Positions 55,464 through 64,000 of a DNA stretch of 64,000 nucleotides are shown one piece after another. Origin of the DNA: Eledone cirrhosa (lineage: Eukaryota); assembly GCA_964016885.1 (NCBI GenBank), contig OZ024742.1:85560001-85624000 (forward strand), read 5' to 3'. The translations under genes and the position numbers were made by a program. A model generated the notes under the pieces. The model was not told the DNA's origin. It ran no database searches and worked only from the letters and a program-made list of their open reading frames with translations. Every line of letters begins with the position of its first letter. The stretch's first letter is position 1.

Positions 55464-55552
55464 CATACGTGTATATGTGTGTGTGTGTGTGTATGTATGT
55501 GTGTGTGTGTGTGTGCGTGTGTGCGTATGTATTTAAAAGGTAATCAGATATA

Positions 55553-55623
55553 CACCATAATCGGTAGGAATATATTAGGTTAATTTTCAAATAGGAAGAA
55601 GAGGGTCTTACCGTTTCGGTCGC
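55553..55623 (-). mobile_element. short remnant of the terminal-repeat family at 2207-2520
   Basis: GGAATATATTAGGTTAATTTTCAAATAG…GAAGAG…TCTTACCGTTTCGG aligns with 2210-2263. Confidence 0.55.
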
Positions 55624-55738
55624 TATATATATATATATATATATATACATAGTAATATTAATAAATTTGAAGACTAAAATCCAAAGAGGGCTCGATAAGG
55701 ATGAATATATATCAAATATATAAGAACCGTAGAGCAAA

Positions 55739-56329
55739 TATTTATTAAAATAACAGATTAAAGTTTAAGCAAAGAATCGCTGATTTCACCCTTAACGGGA
55801 TCTTCTGAAACTAACAAAGTCAATCTGTAAACGCAGAAGTGAATATTTCAAAAAACGTTGCAACCGGAGGAAGACAGGAAGACGATACTTTGGTTCGTGG
55901 GAACGTTCCCTGGCAAAGAACGTGAAAAAACGAATATAATACGTCATTATTTTGAGCGGTGAAAAACAATTACACGCAAAGACAGAACCACGTTTATGGT
56001 ATAAAAGAAGTCGTAGACAAATATTCTCTTAGGTCGTTCATAGAGACATTCTCTGGCAATGAACGGAAAAAACGAAGATAATACGTCATATGTGGAACGT
56101 AGAGAACAATTGCACGCAAAGACAAAACCACGTAAATGGTATAACTGAAGTCGTAGACTAAAATTCTAACTAGGAAACTGAATGATTCTCCGCGTCAGAG
56201 TTAAGAAGAAAGTAAATACAATACAGAGGTAATTGACATTAAATAAATACATACACGCATCCAAATACCTACATACACAAGCATACGCGAAAACACTCGC
56301 CATAGGTATACAAATACACGCACATATAA

Positions 56330-56365
<36 letters not shown>

Positions 56366-58650
56366 ATACAAATAATTAAATAAACGTATATAAATAAATA
56401 AATACGTATATAAAAAGCGCACACACATACCTACATGTAAATACACAAATGTTCAGAGACCCACGTCAACCAAGTACACATATACACACACCCTACATCT
56501 GTACGAACCCGCTTACTCACACAGACGCAAAACTCACGTATACACATAACCAAATGCATATTTACCAGAATATATAAAATATACGCCATAACATATACAA
56601 TCAAATATACGTACGAGAAAGTATACGTACCTTCAGAAAACATACAGGTAATATATACTTCCCTATGCAAATAAGTAAAGGTATAAACATAACATATACC
56701 TAGCTCCCTCATCAAGACGTAAAATATCCGCGTATAGATCGTACTATCCGTTAGGGTATAATGTGGGGCTGTAATACAGGAAAGTTTTGTGCAATTTATG
56801 ATTCGACGTTACCCTCAATTTATCGAATGGCTTGTATTACCCGTATAACAAACCGAATGATACGCTTAATTACATAAGTAAGCATTCCAACCATCCTGCT
56901 AGCATAACCAAGAACTTGGTAAGAAACGTTGCGTCTTTCTACTAACGAGCATATTTTCAACGACCATTCCACATATTACAATGAAGCTCTCGCTCGGAAT
57001 GGATTTGTCGATAAGGTAGCATATACAGAGTACGAGAATAGACCCAGAAAAAATAGATCCCGACGCATTATATGGTTTAACCCACCATATAATATGGAGG
57101 TGGCCACACCATTAGCTAAAACCTTTCTATCCCTTATTACGAAACATTTCCCCCTACACATAAATATACTGCCTAGCCGTAGGAACACGTGCAGCCCTGT
57201 AGTTAGTACTAACTGTAATTGTAGGAATCGGGTTGATTGGCCCCTATCCGGGAAATGCCTCTCTAGTAACATTGTCTACAAATGTAAGGTTGAAACACCC
57301 ACGTCCCGTAGGGCCTACATAGGGTTAACCGCCAATAGATTCAAGCAGCGTCTTTACTTGCATACCCATTTTTTTCGTTACCCTCTAAGAAGGAATATGA
57401 CGTCACTTTCAGCTTATATCTGGAGTCTACAAGACAACCACACCTAATATAAGTTACACTGGGAGATCCTAGCTGGGGCTAGATCGTATACCGGAAATAA
57501 AAGACCATGTGACCCCTGCACCGCTGAGGCTCTGGAAATACTCTACACCACAGACACATCTTAAACAATAAATCTGCGGCATTTCGGCTTGTAAACACGA
57601 ATTGCACAAAACTTTCCTGTATTACAGCCCCACATTATACCCTAACGGATAATACGATCTATACGCGGATATTTTACGTCTTGATGTGTTAGCTAAGTAT
57701 ATGTTATGTTTATACGTTTACTTATTTGCATAAGTTAGTATATATTACCTGTATGTTTTGTTAAGGTACGTATACTTTCTCGTACGTATATTTGATTGTA
57801 TATGCTATGGCGTATATTTTATATATTCTGGTAGATATGCTTTTGGTTATGTGTATAGTGAATTTTGCGTCTGTGTGAGTATGCGGGTTCGTACGTATGT
57901 ATGGCGTGTGTATATGTGTACCTCGTGTTTTGATTGACGTACGCCTCTGAACATTTGTGTATTTACATGTAGGTATGTGTGTGCGATTGTTATATACGTA
58001 TTTATTTATTTATATACGTTTATTTAATTATTTGTATACACGCACACACACACACATATTTATATGTGCATGGAATTGTATACCTATGGCGAGTGTTTTC
58101 GCGTATGATTGTGTATGTACGTATTTGGATGCGTGTATGTATTTATTTTATTTAAATTACCTCTGTATTGTATTTACTTTACTCTAAACTCTGAAGCGGA
58201 GAATCATTCTGTTTCCTAGTTAGAATTTTAGTCTACGACTTTAGTTATACCATTTACGTGGTTTTGTCTTTGCGTGCAATTGTTCTCCACGCTCCACATT
58301 TGACGTATTATCTTCGTTTTTTTTCGTTCATTGCCAGAGAACGTCTCTATGAACGACCTAAGAGAATATTAGTCTACGGCTTCTTTTATACCATAAACGT
58401 GGTTCTGTCTTTGCTTGTAATTGTTTTTCACCGCTCCAAATAATGACGTATTATATTCGTTTTTTCCCGTTCTTTGCCAGGGGACGTTTCCACGAACCAA
58501 AGTATCGTCTTCCTGTCTTCCTCCGGTTGCAACGTTTTTTGAAATATTCACTTCTGCGTTTACAGATCGACTTTGTTAGTTTCAGAAGATCCCGTTAAGG
58601 GTGAAAGCAGCGATTCTTTGCTTAAACTTTGATCTGTTATGTTAATAAAT

Positions 58651-58651
<1 letters not shown>
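55739..58651 (+). mobile_element. 5'-truncated PLE with ~1.05 kb inverted terminal repeats (55739-56800 and 57597-58651)
   Basis: Arms are reverse complements. The spacer encodes the RT thumb and GIY-YIG. Confidence 0.92.
56805..57620 (+). pseudogene. PLE RT C-terminus plus GIY-YIG endonuclease
   Basis: DVTLN…YYPYNKPNDTLNYISKHSNHP…IIWFNPPYN…CNCRNRVDWPLSGKC…IVYKC…AYIGLTANRFKQR…CDPCTAE. Confidence 0.9.
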
Positions 58652-58706
<55 letters not shown>

Positions 58707-59233
58707 ACCAGTTAATTTTATTGTTCATTTTTTGTCGATTCTATTAAATGATGAATAGCTCCTGTTTATTTTAACATGTCTATTGAGCACTCTTATTCGA
58801 TATGTGGTTTCCCACATTACCGAAAATCTTTCGCGGATATAGAGGTTATCTCCCTTGCTGGACTCCATGTGCGTGTCAGCTAGGGTTAGCTTCTTTATTC
58901 GTTTGGACATATATTTTTTTATCTGGGCTGATAAGGGGCGGATTAAGGAATTGCAGAAACCCAAGAAGCTAGATTTACCATCTTTCTACTGGGTCCGGGT
59001 AAGTTTTTTACATTCATATGAATTATTGATTTATTGATATTTTATCTGAGTGACCCGGATCTTCCTGGTCGTTATTTTTCGGCCGCATGGGTGATTTTAG
59101 GCATAATCTTTGTGTGTTGGTATTTTAACGATAGTTATAGCTCTGATTTATCTGAATTATTGAGCCCTCTGCCTCTCATGTCGGATTTATTTATCGTAAA
59201 CTCGTGAGCTGATTTTCCGATACTCGATTATTC

Positions 59234-59236
<3 letters not shown>

Positions 59237-59329
<93 letters not shown>
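59237..59329. repeat. (TA)n microsatellite
   Basis: Directly visible. Confidence 0.95.
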
Positions 59330-59441
59330 GCAGAGGTTATATTTTACTTGTTTGGATTCAACAAGCTTAAATATCTAGTGATGACAAGCTTAAAAATTCA
59401 GTGATGAACTTGAAAAAGTAAATACGGAAGCCTCTTATATA

Positions 59442-60326
59442 ATGCAGGAATTAGTCATCGAAAATAGGACTCAATTCTTCATACCTAGGAAACCGAAACT
59501 GAATATGAAAGACCATAAAATATATTTTGAAATTGAATTACCAGTTAGATTGATTGCACCATGTAAATCGGACCTTGGCATACTTAGCAAGAATATTTTA
59601 GATATAATCATACCACAACTTAAGGAAATATCTTATTTAAAATTATGGAATGGGACTAATGAAGTTATCGATTGGTTTAAGGACATTAAATATAAGTATA
59701 ACAATACATTTATTCAATTGGATATTACTAATTATTACTCATCTATCAATCATAATCTACTTAATAAAGCCCTTACAAATGCATTTAAATATACAGATTT
59801 AACTAGTAATGAAATGCACATTATCTTAACTGCACGTAGCACATTAATTACATTTAACAACCACCTCTGGACTAGTGTAGACAGAGATAATAATGTTGAT
59901 ATTACTATGGGATCATCCGACTCGGCACAAATAACGGATCTTGTGGGGCTTTTTATTAACAATACTTTACATAGGAAAATACCGGAGATGACCGCTGGTT
60001 TATATCGTGACGATACGCTATTACTTATAGAAAATAATAATAATTGTGAAATAAATAGGAAAAGAAAAGAAATAATACAATTTGTTAATTGCCTTAATCT
60101 TAATGTAGAAGTAGAGAATAATTATAAAATAGTTAATTTTTTAGATGTAACTGTAAGCCTTAACACTGGTCTTTATTATCCTGTTCATAAAATAAATGAG
60201 AATCTAAACTATGTTAATTTTAATTCCAATCACCCCAGATCCGTTAAAAACACTATTGTAAATTCTGTGCAGCAACGTATTTCTAGAATTTCAGCTAATA
60301 AAAATATATTTGAAGATAAGCCATAA
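59442..60326 (+). pseudogene. PLE reverse transcriptase
   Basis: PVRLIAPCKSDLG, FIQLDITNYYSSI, DITMGSSDSAQITDLVGL, LYRDD, NFLDVT, SNHP. A premature stop interrupts continuation into the EN. Confidence 0.92.
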
Positions 60327-61173
60327 TATTATAACGAAGCGTTAGATAGAGCAGGCTATAGTAATGAAATTAAATACATTGATAATAAGGGTGTGCCAAC
60401 TAACCATAACTATAATTATTATAACAGAAAACCTTACACTAACTCGAAAACCAAAAGAAAAAATAGAACTAGAAATATATTATGGTTCGCTCCCCTTTCT
60501 CATTAAGTATTAAAACTCCTATTGCGAAATTATTCTTTAAAGCTCTAGATAAATGTTTTCCTAGAACACACAGGTATTACTCAATATTTAATAGACATAC
60601 TATTAAACTATCATATTCCACCACTATGAATTTAGCGCAGATATGAATAGAATCAATAATAGAAACTTAAAACCTAACCAGAATAGCATTAATACCCCTA
60701 GCAATATCCAATATAATGTTACGGCTCCCAGTAATTTAAATTTAGATAAATGTAATTGTAGAAATAAATCTAACTGTCCTCTAAATAATAATTGTTTAGT
60801 TAAAAATATAGTATACAATTGTAATGTAAAAACAAATGTAAACTCATTTAATTATGTATGTTCTACCTCAACAGACTTTAAGTCCCGTTTTAATAACCAC
60901 AAATGTTCTTTTACGAATATTGGTAAAACATTTTCAACGTCTCTATCTAACTTACTATGGGACCTGAAATCAAATACCATTAACTATTCTTAACTTTGGA
61001 ATATTATCTCCAAAGCTCCTTCATACACTGCGTTATCCAGAAATTGTTCTCTTTGTGTCGAAGAAATATTCTTTATACTAAAAAGTAAGAACTCTGTTAA
61101 TTTGAGGAATAATTTATTCAATTCTTGCAAACATCGTTTAAATTCAACTTTTAAATATATATATAAAATGTAA
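60327..61173 (+). pseudogene. PLE linker plus GIY-YIG endonuclease
   Basis: ILWFAP, FNRHTIKLSYS, CNCRNKSNCPLNNNC, IVYNC…YVCSTSTDFKSRFNNH, CSLCVEE, CKHR. Confidence 0.9.
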
Positions 61174-62171
61174 TATACGACTTATCTCTTTTACATAATG
61201 CCTTCTATATCCATATATGATTCATATACTAAATTTTTTACTATGTCTACTTCACATATATATTATTACACCTATCGATATATTATTAAATTCCTTTATA
61301 TGACTGCTTGAAACCCTTTTAAGGAACATTTTTTCTTGAAAAACTTACTGAAGGGTTTAAGAAATTCTTTTGAAAATTCCTTTGAAAGATATAGGAAAAA
61401 TATATTTTTATATTCTTATATTTTCAAAGTTTTTAATATATATATACAAATGTTTATATATATATGTGGAAAACCATATGTTTTTTTATATATATGTGAA
61501 ATAACCTATGGTTTATGCTATAAATATATTCTTAAGAACATATTTTTAATGATTTTTTTAAATTTTTTAAATTTTTTAAATGTTCTAACTTTATAGCTTC
61601 GTATAAAATAACATAAGGTTCATGTTCCAATTTTCCATAAAATTTTCCATAAATGTTTGACTTACAACTTTTACTAAAATAACCTATACTAGATTTGATC
61701 TAATGTAAAATAATATAGATTTTTTTTATAATTTATAATCCTTAATATACACATTTAAACTAATTATTAAATTATTAAATTAAACCTTTAATTTAATTTG
61801 TTCAACCTATCATTATAAACATTATAATCAAAACATAACGAATCCTGCATTATAAATGTTATTCCTCCACGCTATCCTCATTTCCTCTTTGTTTCTTCTT
61901 TTTTCCTCTCACGTAAATATAATGACGCTCTTCTCTTCACACTAATTTTACTCTCAAAAATATGTATAATCGCTCATTCTTTCTTTCTTTTCTTTTTCTC
62001 TCCCTCAAATATCACCTTCTTCCAACCCTTTGGACACTCATTTGGATACTCAATCATAATTTTCTCACCCTCAATACATGTAATATCACCACTATCCAGG
62101 AAACTCCAACCGTTAAGGTTGTCTTTTTTGAGGGTATATCAATATTTATTTATAGAACAAATCTGTATTGT

Positions 62172-62235
62172 ATTTTATGTGATGAAAGCGCACCATAATT
62201 TGCCTTGGTGGCCCTTGAAATATGTATAATAAAAT
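62172..62235 (+). ncRNA. minimal type I hammerhead motif with core mutation (GTGATGA)
   Basis: ATTTTAT-GTGATGA-AAG…CTT-GAAAT atgt ATA^ATAAAAT, same family as 26962-27024. Confidence 0.6.
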
Positions 62236-62275
62236 AAATATGGTTTTATAAATATAGTTTCCATTTGTTAATATA

Positions 62276-62325
<50 letters not shown>

Positions 62326-62700
62326 GTGCGTTTTTTTTACAAAATGAAAAATAACCGAGGTGTCCTACACGAGTGAAAGTATAAAGAAAAAAAAATAAAA
62401 TCTAAAATGCAACTGGAGTCTTATTTTTTAAAAAAATATATATTTATTTGGTTCCTTTACCTATTTCACAGTTCTTCTGCTTTTCAAAAGTAGAGTTGAG
62501 ATGGAGGGTCTGTGGTTTTTCTCACTTTTTTAATACTATATATATATATATATATATACACATACATGCATACATATATATCTCTTGTTGAATATATATA
62601 TATATTGAGTATATGTTGGTTGGTCACCGACACCTCAGTATGCAGATTGGAGCACTCGACGAAGTACGCAGCTTGGTTTGTTTACTCCGTAGTAATGTAA

Positions 62701-63130
62701 AATAATTAAGTCAAATATGTAAAATTTGGCTTCGTTTATTATAAATTATAGATATACTGCTATATATATTTCGTTGACATACATCATTGGCTGTGACCTC
62801 TTCAGGCAGTCCGAATTGGTGTGGGAAAGACAGGTACACATGTTGTTGAAGTGTGTTTTACCCAATCAATACATGGATATGTCTATCTCCATGGTTGTGT
62901 TGTTATTTCTCTGAGGAACTGGAATCATATCAGAGAAATAACAACACAACCAAGAGCTGGACTTATCGATGAATTGACGGAGTAAAACACACTTCAATAA
63001 CATGTGTACCTGTCTTTCCCACACCGACTCGGACTGCCTGAAGAGGTCACAGCTGTCACCGAAATATATATGGCAGTATATCTATAATGTATAATAAACG
63101 AAGCCAAATTTTACATATTTGAATTAATTA

Positions 63131-63132
<2 letters not shown>
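62701..63132. repeat. fold-back palindrome of PLE terminal repeat
   Basis: 62701-62914 is the reverse complement of 62930-63132. Followed by (TA)n. Confidence 0.9.
62756..62810 (-). ncRNA. minimal type I hammerhead motif (mirror copy 63033-63077 plus, H17 mutated to G)
   Basis: ACTGC-CTGAAGA-GGT…AAC/ACC-GAAAT atat ATA^GCAGT. Confidence 0.75.
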
Positions 63133-63206
<74 letters not shown>

Positions 63207-64000
63207 ATTAAGTATAATCGGTACTTTTGTTAACATGAATTTCAAACATGGAAAAACACAAGAATAACATATCTCCGTATATTCAATATATTTGCTTGTA
63301 AAATCTGCGTAATAATGTTCGGAACTGTTTCTTGTAATTTCTTGTAATTTATTTGACAAAGGTGTGTAATGGTAGTAAGAACATTTTGTTTATCATATGA
63401 AGCACGCTTTTTGGGGGAATGGAAATATGCTGTAGATAATAATTTTATGTTTTATGTTTAAAATTTAAAAAAAATGAACAATAAATTATGATGGTTTACT
63501 TGGCATTTAATATCATTCGGTGATGATATTTTATGAAAGTGTACGTAAAATATATAAATTATAATTTGCCACAATTTTGCTAAATATGTCCCTGTTCTCA
63601 ATATGTGTTGTTATGAACATTTTGCTCTTTTGTTGAAGCGAATATTAGGTAAAATTACTCCCGTATCCCTAAAATAGCCTCATAAACAAATATTAATAAC
63701 TTTCTGGAGAGGAACGCTCTAGATTACACACGATGAGTTAAACCGGTAATAAATATTATATGGAATATATTTTCCCACGATTCGTATAGATCATATCCAA
63801 GAATTTGAAGGAATCCTCTACACACATTATATACATGTGTGCATTGGTATTTAGCTTTTCATTATCATGTCCAAAGCCACTATTTAGAAAGAACAGACAT
63901 ATGATCTAACCTCATATACCCCTGACATCTAAATATATCTATGTGTTTGTTCAACTCATACCGAAGACGTGAGGAGGCCTATAAATGTACGATTTCCAGT

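Larger units (their letters stand above)
59370..62278 (+). mobile_element. Penelope-like retroelement (RT plus GIY-YIG, long 3' UTR/terminal repeat), between (TA)n tracts
   Basis: RT ORF, GIY-YIG ORF and a terminal repeat with a hammerhead motif at 62172-62235. Confidence 0.92.

Noticed and set aside
58577-58628. CAGAAGA-TCCC gttaa GGGT-GAAA hammerhead-like motif in both arms of the large inverted repeat
   Set aside because: The core reads CAGAAGA in both arms and stem I is out of register. Probably a decayed HHR, but not supportable as a feature.

Overview
AT-rich, microsatellite-dense eukaryotic DNA made almost entirely of retroelement debris. No host protein-coding gene can be supported. 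The SINE core (…CTTTGCCTTTCATCCTTACGGGGTCGATAAAATAAAGTACCAG…) resembles cephalopod SINEs, so an Octopus-like genome is inferred. Contents: four Tx1/L1-clade LINE copies (one full-length, one 5'-inverted), a Dong/R4-type RLE non-LTR element, SINEs, an RTE 3' end, a mariner fossil, and many Penelope-like element (PLE) pieces (RT and GIY-YIG) arranged as fold-back inverted repeats inside (TA)n tracts. Several unrelated PLE terminal-repeat families carry minimal type I hammerhead ribozyme (HHR) motifs. The main result is two unrelated tandem repeats (28801-29470 and 41562-42208, minus strand) that each carry the hammerhead core boxes with fully pairing stems I and III, in a strand order that is not a circular permutation (cleavage strand, then GAAA, then CUGANGA). 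Their stem sequences differ completely but still pair. Stem II is weak or absent. They are candidate non-circularly permuted hammerheads in retrozyme-like tandem units. All calls were read by eye, and boundaries are approximate.
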